Source: an uncultured Dehalococcoidia bacterium | Lineage (GTDB): Bacteria; Chloroflexota; Dehalococcoidia; Lucifugimonadales; UBA826 | Direction: 5' to 3' | Assembly: GCA_964409595.1 (NCBI GenBank) | Contig: CAYPDR010000022.1 | Span: 20,399-84,398 of the forward strand | DNA: 64,000 nt | Shown here: positions 47,765 through 58,249 of the stretch, piece by piece | Layout of the letters: each line of letters opens with the position of its first letter | How positions within the stretch are numbered: position 1 is the stretch's first letter | Notes under the pieces: model-generated | The model's database searches: none | What the model saw: only the letters and a program-made list of their open reading frames with translations | What the model was told of the DNA's origin: nothing | Position numbers and translations under genes: made by a program

Positions 47765-48979
47765 TTGAAAGTAATTGTCATCAGTAGTAAATATCCTCCC
47801 GAATATTCGGGTTCTGGGGGAAGAGCTCACAATACATATTTGCGTCTAAGAGAGAAGTACGATGTTAAGTTTAGAGTTATCACAAGTTCTGAAATATATA
47901 AAGAATCATCGAAATATCAGATCGACTCAGTAGATGTTAAGAGGATATCTAGCAAATCGTGGAACGGAATCAAGGGAGCAAATGAGGATAACCTATTAAC
48001 AAGATTTCGGTCCATCCTAGTACGACGTGGGAGATATATTAGAGAGTTTGTTCCTGTTTTTTTTAATCTGCTGAGAAATAAAAGAGAAACTGATGTTTTA
48101 CATGTTTTTGGCAACGTGACTGTTACTCAGGCCGCCATAGCGTTCGCCAAGGTATTCAATGTGCCAATCATAATAGAATTGACATCAGATAGAGCAACAC
48201 CTTTCTTTGCGGAGCCCAGAGTAGTTACGTGGTTCTGGGGGCATGGGCTTCCTAAGAATTCTAAAATTGTGTGCATTTCCGAACGGTTAAGAAGAATGTG
48301 TGAATCCTTTGGTGTTAGTGAGAATGTTTGGTCTCGGCCTAATCCGATAGATGTGAGCCGTTTCAGGCTACGTCACTCCGAGAAACATGTTCTTAAATCG
48401 AATAATACGAAATTTACCGAGGCTAGTATTTTGATTTGCTTCATTGGTAAATTTATACCGAGCAAAAACCAAAAATTGTTGGTGGAGATTCTAAAATTTC
48501 TCCCAGAAAGGTACGTTTTATTTTTAGGAGGTCCGCTTGAAACTGAGGGAGTTAACGCATTTAGGGACGTGAAGTATTTTAAAGAACTAAAGGATATGGT
48601 GCGAGTGAACCGATTGGCGAAAAGAGTTCAGATTAAACCGTCTTTCATCCACAACCCGGAGGATTATATTGGCATGAGCGACGTTTATGTTTCAGCTTCT
48701 AAAAGTGAGGGACTCGGGACAACAATTCTTGAGGCATTTTGTTGTGGGGTTCCCGTGGTCGCATTGCGTATTGATGGGATTACAGACCAATTCATTTCAA
48801 ACAACATCAATGGATATGAAGTCTCGGAAAATCCAAGGGAGTTTGCCGACTCTATTCAATTAGCATGTAAAATTCCAAGCGATAATTTAATGAAATTTAG
48901 GCAAAATTTAGTCGAAGAGCTGTCAACATCGAAAATCGATGCTAAGTATGTCTCGTTGCTAGCCGGAAAGACCGATTAG
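47765..48979 (+). CDS. glycosyltransferase family 4 (GT-B)
   Basis: N-terminus MKVIVISSKYPPEYSGSGG and C-terminal SEGLGTTILEAFCCGVPVV (EX7E region). TTG start. Confidence 0.85.
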   Translation: MKVIVISSKYPPEYSGSGGRAHNTYLRLREKYDVKFRVITSSEIYKESSKYQIDSVDVKRISSKSWNGIKGANEDNLLTRFRSILVRRGRYIREFVPVFFNLLRNKRETDVLHVFGNVTVTQAAIAFAKVFNVPIIIELTSDRATPFFAEPRVVTWFWGHGLPKNSKIVCISERLRRMCESFGVSENVWSRPNPIDVSRFRLRHSEKHVLKSNNTKFTEASILICFIGKFIPSKNQKLLVEILKFLPERYVLFLGGPLETEGVNAFRDVKYFKELKDMVRVNRLAKRVQIKPSFIHNPEDYIGMSDVYVSASKSEGLGTTILEAFCCGVPVVALRIDGITDQFISNNINGYEVSENPREFADSIQLACKIPSDNLMKFRQNLVEELSTSKIDAKYVSLLAGKTD

Positions 48980-49039
48980 TATATCGTGATAAGCCCAGAT
49001 TGATGATACTGCAAAAGTGTGGTGTGAAGCCCTAGCCGT

Positions 49040-50830
49040 ATGAAAGAATTCATTCGATTTATGAGATTCCTGTACGAATCAATCGGTTGGAAACTCTACG
49101 CGTGGGTTATATTCATAGCTGTTGCTGCCCTATTAGATGGCTTAAGCGTGGGGTTTTTCTTTCCCATATTAGAGGCCGACCAGGGAGCGAGTGAACTTAC
49201 AAAGTTTCTGAACGGCATCCTTGGTCGGCTCGGCCTTACATACAGTATCGTATTGGCGGTTGTATTCGTGTTGATCTTGTTTCTTCTCAGGACTTTTTTC
49301 CTCATTGTTCAGGAGTTATTTGCCAGTAGATTAATGACCAGAGTCTTGGCAAAAAGTAAAAGAGAGGTAATAGAAAAGATATTTGCAGCCGAGTATCTCT
49401 ATTTTGCATCAAGAGAGCTAGGCTACTTTAACAACGCGGTTACTATCGAATATAACAATGTTACTTTTGCATTTAGATGCTGCATGCGATTGCTCGTGAA
49501 TGGAGGATTTGCTATTGTCTACTTTTCCCTACCGCTGTTTGTAAATTTTCAAGCTACGATTGTGGTTCTTGCTCTGGGAATTCCATTACACATAGCTCTC
49601 CGCCGCGCTAATGTGCTAACACGGCGTTACTCCTTTAGGTTTACTGATATCAATTCTCGTGTCCAATCAATGCTGATACAACTATTGACCAATTTCAGGT
49701 ATTTAAAATCAACAAACACGTCAAAAACGTTAGTGAGGAAGGTATCTTCGGACATTAACGAGCAGTCAGACATAATGTTCAAGCAATCGATAGTTAACGC
49801 CTCAGTTGGTAAATCAACTGAACTTTTCACAATATTGCTGGCGGCGTTGATAATTCTCTATAACGAACTGGTAGTTGGAGATCCTTTAATTCAAATAGTG
49901 TTTTTGCTTTTTGTTATCAGGAGAGCGGTAAACTATGCCCTCGCGAGCTACACAGACTATCGGGAATTTGTTGGGTCGTCGGGAAGCATCGCTGTGTTTA
50001 AAAAGCTCGAGAAAGAGCTTGCTGATAATCAGGAGCCGGTAGCTAACTCTTCTACCAGATTGCCTGAGTTTACTGAAACTATATCGCTGCGAGACATTCA
50101 CGTGTCGTATGATGGTAAGACTGACGTGTTATCCGGTGTAAATATAGAGATTTCCCCTCTGAAGACGGTTGCGATCGTAGGTGAGTCAGGAGCTGGTAAA
50201 AGTACTATAGCTGGGCTCCTTACAGGTGTAATTAAGCCTAAACAAGGAAGTCTGTTCATAGGTGACTGTCCGTATGTAGATATGGATTTGTCGACCTTAC
50301 GGGAGTCGATAGGATATGTGACACAAGAGAACGTTATATTTACCGATACGTTAAGGAACAATATAACTCTTTGGGACGAGACTGGAGGCACAAAAAATGA
50401 CGAAGGATCGGAAACCTTTTTGAGGTCAGTCATCAACAAATCCAGCCTGACCGAATTTGTTGATAGTCTTCCTGAAGGTTTAGATACTCAATTGGGGGAC
50501 AACGGGTTGAATTTGTCTGGTGGGCAAAGGCAAAGAGTATGCATCGCGAGGGAATTGTACAAAAAGATAAATCTCCTGATTCTAGATGAAGCTACAAGTG
50601 CATTAGATTCTATTTCGGAGAGAGAAATACAAAATAGTATTGAAGCGATGTCTGGCGGCCTGACAATCGCAGTTATTGCTCACAGACTGTCGACTATCAA
50701 GAATGCTGATCTTATTGTGGTTCTACATAACGGGAAAGTAGCGGAATCAGGCACTTTTGAAGAACTTTATGCGCTAGAAGGTAGATTTCGTAAAACGGTT
50801 GATTACCAAGAAATATCGGTAACTTATTGA
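49040..50830 (+). CDS. ABC exporter, fused permease/ATPase (MsbA/PglK-like; candidate lipid-linked glycan flippase)
   Basis: A six-TM N-domain, then Walker A GESGAGKST, signature LSGGQRQR, Walker B LLILDEATSALD and H-loop AHRL. Confidence 0.88.
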   Translation: MKEFIRFMRFLYESIGWKLYAWVIFIAVAALLDGLSVGFFFPILEADQGASELTKFLNGILGRLGLTYSIVLAVVFVLILFLLRTFFLIVQELFASRLMTRVLAKSKREVIEKIFAAEYLYFASRELGYFNNAVTIEYNNVTFAFRCCMRLLVNGGFAIVYFSLPLFVNFQATIVVLALGIPLHIALRRANVLTRRYSFRFTDINSRVQSMLIQLLTNFRYLKSTNTSKTLVRKVSSDINEQSDIMFKQSIVNASVGKSTELFTILLAALIILYNELVVGDPLIQIVFLLFVIRRAVNYALASYTDYREFVGSSGSIAVFKKLEKELADNQEPVANSSTRLPEFTETISLRDIHVSYDGKTDVLSGVNIEISPLKTVAIVGESGAGKSTIAGLLTGVIKPKQGSLFIGDCPYVDMDLSTLRESIGYVTQENVIFTDTLRNNITLWDETGGTKNDEGSETFLRSVINKSSLTEFVDSLPEGLDTQLGDNGLNLSGGQRQRVCIARELYKKINLLILDEATSALDSISEREIQNSIEAMSGGLTIAVIAHRLSTIKNADLIVVLHNGKVAESGTFEELYALEGRFRKTVDYQEISVTY

Positions 50831-50851
50831 CCTGATCCTATTTTCAAAAAA

Positions 50852-51964
50852 ATGATAAAAAAACTTTTCATATTGTCGGATGGTAATAGCGGTAACACGG
50901 GTCCCTTTGAAGGACCTTTCCATCAATTCCGTAATTTTCTGAAAGACAGTTCAATATCTGTCTCATTTAAAAGTTATGGAGATAATCTTGAAGAAGGCGA
51001 CTGCTATTTAGTGAATAGTAAATTCTTCAGAAAAAAATATCCATTATGGGATGATAAGGCTGTAACTCATATAAGAGAGTTCCTCGATTTATTGCACCGG
51101 TTTACCAATAACGTCGTTTGGTTCGATACATCCGATAGTTGTTCGAGCAATCAATTCGCAATTATCGATAACGTAAATATGTTTTGCAAAAATCAGATCT
51201 ATGTTGAAAAAGAGATGTATCTCAAAAATTTTTATGGTGGACGGATTTATACGGACTTCTACCACAGGAGATACGGAGTCTGCGATGAACAAATTAGCTT
51301 CAACCATAATGAGTGTATGCCCAAAGAAAATGATCTAGATAAGATCGTCGTCTCGTGGAATTCATCCTTTGGTGAGTACGGTTTTGGGATTATAAACAGG
51401 CTCAATAGACGTTTGAATAATAGGTACCCGCAAGCATCTAAATTTTTCTTGAAACTTGGCGATCCGAAGTCTAGAAGGCGAAACACTGTAAGTTGTCGGA
51501 TAGGTGTGAATCATTTGAGAAACACTGTTCGGTTTCAACGCGAGCGTCTCACAGATATTCTGGCCTCTTCTTGGGAAGTTTCGACAAACAGGATCAATAA
51601 AAAACAATATTTTCGTGAGTTACTTAACTCACAGGTGTGTATTTCTCCTTTTGGATGGGGCGAAATTGCATATAGAGACTTTGAGATCTTTATATCGGGG
51701 GCCGCCCTTCTAAAACCTTCCATGAGTCATATGAAAACTTGGCCTGACATCTATGTTGAGGGAGAAACCTTTGTTTCATATTCCTGGGATTTGAGTGATA
51801 TTGATGAGAAGTTACACTATCTGGGTGAATCAACGACTTCTACCGAAATTGCTCAATGGGGGCAAGAAACGTATCTAGACTCTGTTCGTGGTCGGGACGC
51901 AGCTGATCTGTTTTGTAAGCGTTTATTGTCGATAGTGACAGGGGACCGAAGTACCCTACAGTAA
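50852..51964 (+). CDS. hypothetical protein, possibly a divergent glycosyltransferase
   Basis: 370 aa embedded among GT genes. Only a weak exostosin/GT-B-like C-terminal pattern is visible (CISPFGWGEIAYRDFEIFISGAALL). Confidence 0.45.
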   Translation: MIKKLFILSDGNSGNTGPFEGPFHQFRNFLKDSSISVSFKSYGDNLEEGDCYLVNSKFFRKKYPLWDDKAVTHIREFLDLLHRFTNNVVWFDTSDSCSSNQFAIIDNVNMFCKNQIYVEKEMYLKNFYGGRIYTDFYHRRYGVCDEQISFNHNECMPKENDLDKIVVSWNSSFGEYGFGIINRLNRRLNNRYPQASKFFLKLGDPKSRRRNTVSCRIGVNHLRNTVRFQRERLTDILASSWEVSTNRINKKQYFRELLNSQVCISPFGWGEIAYRDFEIFISGAALLKPSMSHMKTWPDIYVEGETFVSYSWDLSDIDEKLHYLGESTTSTEIAQWGQETYLDSVRGRDAADLFCKRLLSIVTGDRSTLQ

Positions 51965-51993
51965 ATATCCAAGGAAGTAGAAGGACAAGCTAT

Positions 51994-53175
51994 TTGAAAA
52001 TAGTTGTGTTTATCATGGGATCTTTGTTTAAGGTTGGCGGATACCAAGTGTTCACATACAACTTACTGGATCACCTGACTAAAAACGGTCACGAAACATA
52101 CCTTGTAGTACCAGAATATGAGCTAAATGAAAATCGGTCAAAGTATAAGCTTCTGCCGTATGAAGTTTTAGGTATCAAGTGGTCGAAGGGCAAGTCGGTT
52201 AGGTACTTCCCTGCCCTAACACGTCACGGGATAAGGAAGATTCAAGATCGCTTAAATGCTGATATCTGGCAGGTCGTAGGGGCCTTTCCTGCAGGCTACT
52301 TGGCCTTAACTTTGTCTGGTCGAGTTCCAATTGTTCTTCGGAGCCATGGAGAAGATGTTCAAATCGATCGATCGATCGGATATGGTCTACGATTGGATTC
52401 TAACGTCGGTCAGAGAGTTGAAAAAACTTTGTGCGGAGTTAACTCAGTAGTCGCTCTAACAAAAACCATGGCAGCTTCATACGTAGACATGGGTGTAAAT
52501 GTTGCAGATATAGAGGTGATAGCAAACGGGGTAGACTGTCAGAGATTTTTTGTTCCGAGTCAAAAAGGCGAGGTCAATTTAGGAAGTAATCATACTAATG
52601 ACACGTCTCAATCGATACGGTTATTAACCGTAGGTAGATACCATCGTAAAAAGGGATTTAACTTGATACCACAAATTGCCAATCTGCTGAAGCGAGCTCA
52701 GTTGGATTTCCATTGGAGCGTGGTGGGTTCTGGTAATGACGTGTTAAAGGACGAAATAAGCAGGCGTGAATTGAACAGCAAAGTCAAGGTTTTTGATGAG
52801 ATAGGCATCTCAGTCGATGGTAAATTTCCCAGCGATGAATTGGTCGAAATTTACAAAGCTTCTGACATTTTTGTTTTTCCGTCATTGTTGGAGGGATTTC
52901 CCAGAGTGATCGTGGAGGCAATGTCGGCCTCCCTCGCTGTTGTAACGACAGACGCGGAGGGTTGCATAGATGTAATAACAGATATGGAAACCGGACTTAT
53001 AACGCCTAAACATGATGTCGTTTCAATGGCTAATGCAATAGGTTTGCTAATAAAGGATTCAACTCTCCGTCATAAAATGGCAACTTGCGGAAGGGAGGAA
53101 TCCCTGAAATATGATTGGGCAAAAGTTGTCAACGAGTATGAATCTATTTACAAAAATTTGCTCCTAGAAGGTTGA
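51994..53175 (+). CDS. glycosyltransferase family 4
   Basis: LEGFPRVIVEAMSASLAVVTTD plus N-terminal MKIVVF...GG. TTG start. Confidence 0.85.
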   Translation: MKIVVFIMGSLFKVGGYQVFTYNLLDHLTKNGHETYLVVPEYELNENRSKYKLLPYEVLGIKWSKGKSVRYFPALTRHGIRKIQDRLNADIWQVVGAFPAGYLALTLSGRVPIVLRSHGEDVQIDRSIGYGLRLDSNVGQRVEKTLCGVNSVVALTKTMAASYVDMGVNVADIEVIANGVDCQRFFVPSQKGEVNLGSNHTNDTSQSIRLLTVGRYHRKKGFNLIPQIANLLKRAQLDFHWSVVGSGNDVLKDEISRRELNSKVKVFDEIGISVDGKFPSDELVEIYKASDIFVFPSLLEGFPRVIVEAMSASLAVVTTDAEGCIDVITDMETGLITPKHDVVSMANAIGLLIKDSTLRHKMATCGREESLKYDWAKVVNEYESIYKNLLLEG

Positions 53176-53348
53176 TCCCTAGCGGACCGGGCTTTTACAA
53201 AAATACTTTATAGTCACGTCAATAGTTTTATATGACTATTATTAAGTCGAAGGATAGAGTTGAAGGGCAAGTAATGGTAGGTGTATAGGAGGTTGTTTCA
53301 CCTCACGATCAGTAGGCTGCCACTTCTAGAAAGGATGATGGCAAATTT

Positions 53349-54473
53349 ATGAATCAATTTTCCATGTCACTAATTTCCTTATCTAATCACGAATATTTTT
53401 CCGAAGGTTTTGTCGATTTTACTGGAGGATCTGAGAGACAGATGAGGTACCTTGCCGATGTGTTGCTTGAAGAGGGGTTTAAGCTCAGGTTTGTTACTGC
53501 TAATTTGAGTGAAAATGATCCGACTTACGAGAAAAATTTGTTTCGAGTTAGTCTTTGGTCCAAAGGAGATAACTATTTTATAAGGATGATGAGGATGTTT
53601 CGGTTAGTCCTATCAAGTAGAGAACCAATTTACATGAGGGGCGTGTCTACTGTTCATATGATGATAATTGTAGCCGCCAAATTTTGCGGAAGAACCGGCA
53701 TAGTCAACATGACATCAGATCTACATTGCACCAAGGGCGGCTCAGCCCGCTCTTATATTATGAGATGGCTGCTATTTAACTTAAGTGGGACGGTCATCGC
53801 CCAATCAAGTGAACAACAGCAGCTAATTCAAAGGAACTTTGGTGTTTCTAGCAAAGTTCTACCAAATTTCATAAACCCGGACCGATTCACGGCAATAAAA
53901 GGCGGCCATAAATTTGAAAGTCGCTGCATAGACGTAGTATGGATTGGGACAGTAGAGCCTAGGAAGGGACTTGAACGACTAAAAGCTATAGCTATAGCCC
54001 TACCAGAACTTAAATTCGTGGTGATTGGAAAACCTGACGACTTGCATCTAGAGTATGGGGAAACACTCCTTGATGAGATGGGTAAATTACCAAATGTGAA
54101 TGTGATGGGATATGTTCAACCGAATCGTATAGGTGATATTCTTGCAACGTCTAAAATCTTGATTAACACGTCCCAAAAGGTTGAATCGGGTGTTACCAAA
54201 GAGGGGTTTCCTAATGTGTTCCTCGAAGCATGGGAGTTCGGCTCTCTAGTTCTTTCCATGGGAATAGACCCAGATGCCCTTGTTTCTGCGGCAGGCCTCG
54301 GTACCTTATGTAATACGCAGGAGGAAGCTGTAGAGTTAATATCCCAGTATGCAAATAATCGGAATATTTGGAAATTTAAATCTAATAAAGCTTTGGAATT
54401 CATTTCAACCCGGGATGTGACCTCTGCCACGGTCAGAAAAGAGATTGTTAGAATTTTAAATGTGTCCGGTTAG
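53349..54473 (+). CDS. glycosyltransferase (GT-B, family 4-like)
   Basis: GGSERQMRYLADVL and KEGFPNVFLEAWEFGSLVLS. Confidence 0.75.
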   Translation: MNQFSMSLISLSNHEYFSEGFVDFTGGSERQMRYLADVLLEEGFKLRFVTANLSENDPTYEKNLFRVSLWSKGDNYFIRMMRMFRLVLSSREPIYMRGVSTVHMMIIVAAKFCGRTGIVNMTSDLHCTKGGSARSYIMRWLLFNLSGTVIAQSSEQQQLIQRNFGVSSKVLPNFINPDRFTAIKGGHKFESRCIDVVWIGTVEPRKGLERLKAIAIALPELKFVVIGKPDDLHLEYGETLLDEMGKLPNVNVMGYVQPNRIGDILATSKILINTSQKVESGVTKEGFPNVFLEAWEFGSLVLSMGIDPDALVSAAGLGTLCNTQEEAVELISQYANNRNIWKFKSNKALEFISTRDVTSATVRKEIVRILNVSG

Positions 54474-54551
54474 CAAAATTTGGCACTTGGAAGTGTAGTG
54501 GTAATTTCAGGTATCGTATTCTCTTAGATCTAATGTTTAATTTTGGGTTGA

Positions 54552-55712
54552 TTGCAGTGTTTGAAAGAGAGTCAAGTGACTAAGACCTTAATACTTCAGC
54601 GCACCTTTGAACATTACCGGGTTCCAGTGTTTGAAGAATTTTCGCAGAGGGCATGTGTCGACCTAGTGGTTGCTATTCCATTCCAAGGACGGGATGCCTC
54701 ACCGTTTTCTAACGTAGAATTGAACTATTCTGTGGCCGATTTAGACGTGAGTTCCTATCGGATCCCATTTGTTCAAGAATTGTTTTTTTATAGGAATTGG
54801 GAATCACTTGTGAGTCTTGTGCACCCTGATGTAATCGTTGCCGAGGGCAACGCAAGAATTTGGAGCCTCGGAAAGCTTTTGAGCTATTCAAAATGTAAGA
54901 ATATCCGAACGGTAGCTTGGACTAAATACGACAATTTGGTGTCGTGGCCTAAATCATTGGTTTGGAACAATTTCTTAAAAAAATGGGACCATGTAGTATG
55001 TTACGGACAACAATCGTTAAATGGAGTGAAAAAATTAGGTATACCCCCATGTCGTATCAACATAGCGCAGAACGCCGTTCCTATTCCGGAAACGGAAACG
55101 GAATTAAATGATTTGAAGGTCCGTTCGAAGGCTATTTCGTTGAATAAGCTGTCTAATGGGATTCCTGTAGTGGTTTCACTTGGTACCTTGGTAAAGAAGA
55201 AAAGGTTTGATCTTGTTATTGATGCGGCAGCCGATCTCATGCGGGAAGGTAATGACTTTCAGTTAGTAATCGTAGGAGATGGTCCGGAATTTGATAATTT
55301 GTCGAAGCAGGCAGACAAAATTCTTCGGTACTGCGGTATACCTGCTAAGAGAATTTTATTTGTTGGACATGTTAAGGAAGGTGAAGACGCCGTTTGGATG
55401 ACTCGTGCGGACGTATCCGTTATGGGTGGGGCTGTCGGGTTGGCGTTGAATGTAAGTATGTCTTGCGGAACCCCGACGCTAATTCCAGATGAGATTGGAA
55501 GCGACGCTGAATTACTACAAGATACCGTAAACGGGATCCGGTTTATTCCTGGTAATCGTCGAGATTTGAGTAACAAACTTAAGAGTTTACTTGAATCAGA
55601 GAAACTTAGAAGAGGATTAGGAATTAAAGCCAGGGAAACCATTATTCAAAAGGCCACCGTAGGTAAAATGGTTGATGGTCTACAAGAAGCAGTTTTGGGA
55701 GGCGCAACATAG
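54552..55712 (+). CDS. glycosyltransferase (GT-B, family 1/4-like)
   Basis: LVIVGDGPE and GGAVGLALNVSMSCGTPTLI. TTG start. Confidence 0.7.
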   Translation: MQCLKESQVTKTLILQRTFEHYRVPVFEEFSQRACVDLVVAIPFQGRDASPFSNVELNYSVADLDVSSYRIPFVQELFFYRNWESLVSLVHPDVIVAEGNARIWSLGKLLSYSKCKNIRTVAWTKYDNLVSWPKSLVWNNFLKKWDHVVCYGQQSLNGVKKLGIPPCRINIAQNAVPIPETETELNDLKVRSKAISLNKLSNGIPVVVSLGTLVKKKRFDLVIDAAADLMREGNDFQLVIVGDGPEFDNLSKQADKILRYCGIPAKRILFVGHVKEGEDAVWMTRADVSVMGGAVGLALNVSMSCGTPTLIPDEIGSDAELLQDTVNGIRFIPGNRRDLSNKLKSLLESEKLRRGLGIKARETIIQKATVGKMVDGLQEAVLGGAT

Positions 55713-55719
55713 TATCCGT

Positions 55720-57027
55720 ATGAAAATTTTGGTTTATGGGCTTGGCTACGTAGGGGCCGTCACATCCGCTATGTTGGCCAAGGAGGGACATACCGTTTTA
55801 GGAGTAGATAATAACCGAGCAAAGGTGGATTTGATAAACAATGGAGAATCTCCGGTAAATGAGCCGTACTTGCGATCAGTTATAAAGGAACAGGTCCTTT
55901 CAGGAAGGTTGACTGCTTCAAACAACACCAAAACAACCGATGACCTAGATGCGGTGTTTATTTGTGTAGGTACTCCAAGTAATGATGACGGCGGCATGGA
56001 TGATTCCCAGGTTCGTAATGTGATCGCGGAAATAACTGATCTTAGGCAGCAAATCAATTCAAATCTAGCCGTTTTTAACAGAAGTACATGTTTACCATCG
56101 ACTCATATGTGGGCTGTTACAAATTTGAAAAAGAGGTTTCTAGGCCAGGTGGAATATTTTGTTCATCCTGAGTTTCTCCGCGAAGGTTCAGCTTTAAGTG
56201 ATTTCAAGTCTCCTCCACTTATTTTGTATGGGTCAGAAGAGGAGGTTAATACCGATTTGGCGGAGATTTCTAAATTGTTGTATCCAGGCGTTACGTCGCC
56301 GGTTCATGTTGTGGGAATTAAAGAAGCTGCGGTTGCTAAATATGCTTCCAATGCTTTTCACGCGGTAAAAGTGACATTTGCCAATGAGATTGGCTCGATC
56401 TCTAAGTCAGTTGGCGCAGATGCGAGATCAATATTAGAAATTCTCTGTTGCGACACAACCTTGAACATTTCTGAAGCTTACCTGAAGCCAGGCATGCCAT
56501 ACGGAGGTAGTTGCCTTCCCAAAGATGTCAGTGCACTTGTTGGTCTTGCCACTGGGCTGGGTACCACAGCCCAAATGTTGGGAACTTTGAACGAATCAAA
56601 TGACAATCAGATCTCGTCAATTTGTGAGCGACTCTTGGCAGAGAAGCCTGAGTCAATAGGCTTCCTGGGCATATCCTTCAAACAGGGGACTGATGATCTC
56701 AGGGGTAGCCCATTTGTAAGAATTGCCCGATGCTTGATCGATAAGGGTGTTAAGGTCAGTATTTATGATAAAGACGTGGATCTTGAACGTTTTACAGGAG
56801 CCAACCTGACTTTTCTGAATTCTCTGATACCAGAATTGAATGAAATCACCTTCTCCCGTGCGTCAGAAGTGATCGATAATTGTGAAATAGTGCTGTTAGC
56901 ACATCGCAATGCGTTGCATGATCTCAAGCTAACTCCACCAAAACCGAATGTAAAAATTTTTGACTTAGTTGGTTTGTCTAATGATGAATTGTCGGGTTTT
57001 GGCGACGTGGAAGGACTCTACTGGTAG
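55720..57027 (+). CDS. GDP-mannose 6-dehydrogenase-like (AlgD family)
   Basis: MKILVYGLGYVGAV...[60 protein letters not shown] and C-terminal EGLYW. It is colinear with P. aeruginosa AlgD as I recall it (AlgD ends EGICW). I prefer ATG 55720 over the overlapping start at 55672. Confidence 0.8.
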   Translation: MKILVYGLGYVGAVTSAMLAKEGHTVLGVDNNRAKVDLINNGESPVNEPYLRSVIKEQVLSGRLTASNNTKTTDDLDAVFICVGTPSNDDGGMDDSQVRNVIAEITDLRQQINSNLAVFNRSTCLPSTHMWAVTNLKKRFLGQVEYFVHPEFLREGSALSDFKSPPLILYGSEEEVNTDLAEISKLLYPGVTSPVHVVGIKEAAVAKYASNAFHAVKVTFANEIGSISKSVGADARSILEILCCDTTLNISEAYLKPGMPYGGSCLPKDVSALVGLATGLGTTAQMLGTLNESNDNQISSICERLLAEKPESIGFLGISFKQGTDDLRGSPFVRIARCLIDKGVKVSIYDKDVDLERFTGANLTFLNSLIPELNEITFSRASEVIDNCEIVLLAHRNALHDLKLTPPKPNVKIFDLVGLSNDELSGFGDVEGLYW

Positions 57028-57062
57028 ACAGAAAACATAGCTCTATACATGCGGTCTTTTTT

Positions 57063-58211
57063 TTGCCAAACGTCAGTGGATACACAGACCGTATCCGGCT
57101 TCTTGAAGAAGTTTCGAAGTTGATAGGAAAAGTCACTCTTTTGGTCGGCGTCGTTGACGCTGCTTTGCCAGTAGGTGAATCTAAGAAGTTCGTTTTAAAC
57201 GAAGTTCGTTTTGTGCGAGGATTTCGACCGCTGAATCTATGGAGAACTGCTCGAGCAGCCTTGGCTGTAAATGATGTGGACATTTTCCACGATACGTCCG
57301 GGAACCTCATACTAGTATTTTTGCTACTATTTCGTAGAAAATTGCGACCTGCATTGATCACTTCATTTTTTGCATTGGAGAAATGGAGGATCGAAAATGT
57401 TTGGAAGAGGAATGGCTACAGCACCATACGGCTTCTTCTGGAGCCATCCACACGAAACATGTATTTCGGAGCCTTTATTCAGCACATTATGGCGCTTGTT
57501 TCCGATCGGATTGTTTTGCAATCAGCAGGACTTTTTGGAAGATTAACTGAGTACATAGGGATCGACGAAAAAAAAATCAGTGCTCTTCCCAACAATGTGG
57601 ACTGCGATTTTTGGCGTGCTAACTCAAGAAAGATTGGGCGGGCAAGATGTTTTCAAATGTTGTATGTCGGAGGTCTAGATCATTCACGGGGTGTGTTTGC
57701 TGTTTTGGAAGCTTTGGGCAAGTTGAAGGAGGAGGCATGGACAGTGAACTTAGTTTTGGTAGTGAAACAAGGTATTGGAGGAGAGGGACCGATAAATGAC
57801 TTTGTAGCCCGAAATAGTTTGGGAAATTGTGTCGAATTTGTCAGCGGACTATCCAGAGGGGAAATGTTAAACACATACAACAATTCTGACGTGCTGGTGT
57901 ATCAAACCATAAATGATGGTTCTCCGAGAGTGGTTTTGGAAGCTCTATCTTGCGGGTTACCTGTTGTTGCTTCACATCATCCCGGTATTAATGTTCTTGA
58001 CCCAGGAGCTCGTTTTATAAAATTTACCGATTACTCTGATGTGGATGCGATAGTCAGAAACGTGAGTGAACTTTTTAGAGATAATGAACTTCGTTCAGAT
58101 TTAAGTGAAGTAGGTCAGGAAGAAGTGAGGGCGAACTTCAGTAGTGAAAGAGTCGCGAAACAATACGCCAATTTTTATCAAAACATGTTATCTGAACAGA
58201 CATGTGGTTAG
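57063..58211 (+). CDS. glycosyltransferase family 4 (N-terminus possibly truncated by a T8 tract)
   Basis: NDGSPRVVLEALSCGLPVVAS. The TTG start is formed by the 3' end of the T8 run at 57057-57064. An ATG at 57049 would be in frame only with nine Ts. Confidence 0.8.
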   Translation: MPNVSGYTDRIRLLEEVSKLIGKVTLLVGVVDAALPVGESKKFVLNEVRFVRGFRPLNLWRTARAALAVNDVDIFHDTSGNLILVFLLLFRRKLRPALITSFFALEKWRIENVWKRNGYSTIRLLLEPSTRNMYFGAFIQHIMALVSDRIVLQSAGLFGRLTEYIGIDEKKISALPNNVDCDFWRANSRKIGRARCFQMLYVGGLDHSRGVFAVLEALGKLKEEAWTVNLVLVVKQGIGGEGPINDFVARNSLGNCVEFVSGLSRGEMLNTYNNSDVLVYQTINDGSPRVVLEALSCGLPVVASHHPGINVLDPGARFIKFTDYSDVDAIVRNVSELFRDNELRSDLSEVGQEEVRANFSSERVAKQYANFYQNMLSEQTCG

Positions 58212-58249
58212 CTATGCTTCAGGAATCGTTCTAGCAGGTAGAGGTTAAT

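Noticed and set aside
53210-53239. Inverted repeat ATAGTCA-N16-TGACTAT in the 173-bp gap after the GT at 51994-53175 (a possible terminator).
   Set aside because: The stem is only 7 bp and AT-rich, the loop is large, and no T-tract follows. The evidence for a terminator or operator is insufficient.
55672-55719. N-terminal extension of the AlgD-like ORF (track start 55672).
   Set aside because: It overlaps the upstream GT by 41 nt. The Rossmann strand MKILVYGLGYVG starts at ATG 55720, as in AlgD.
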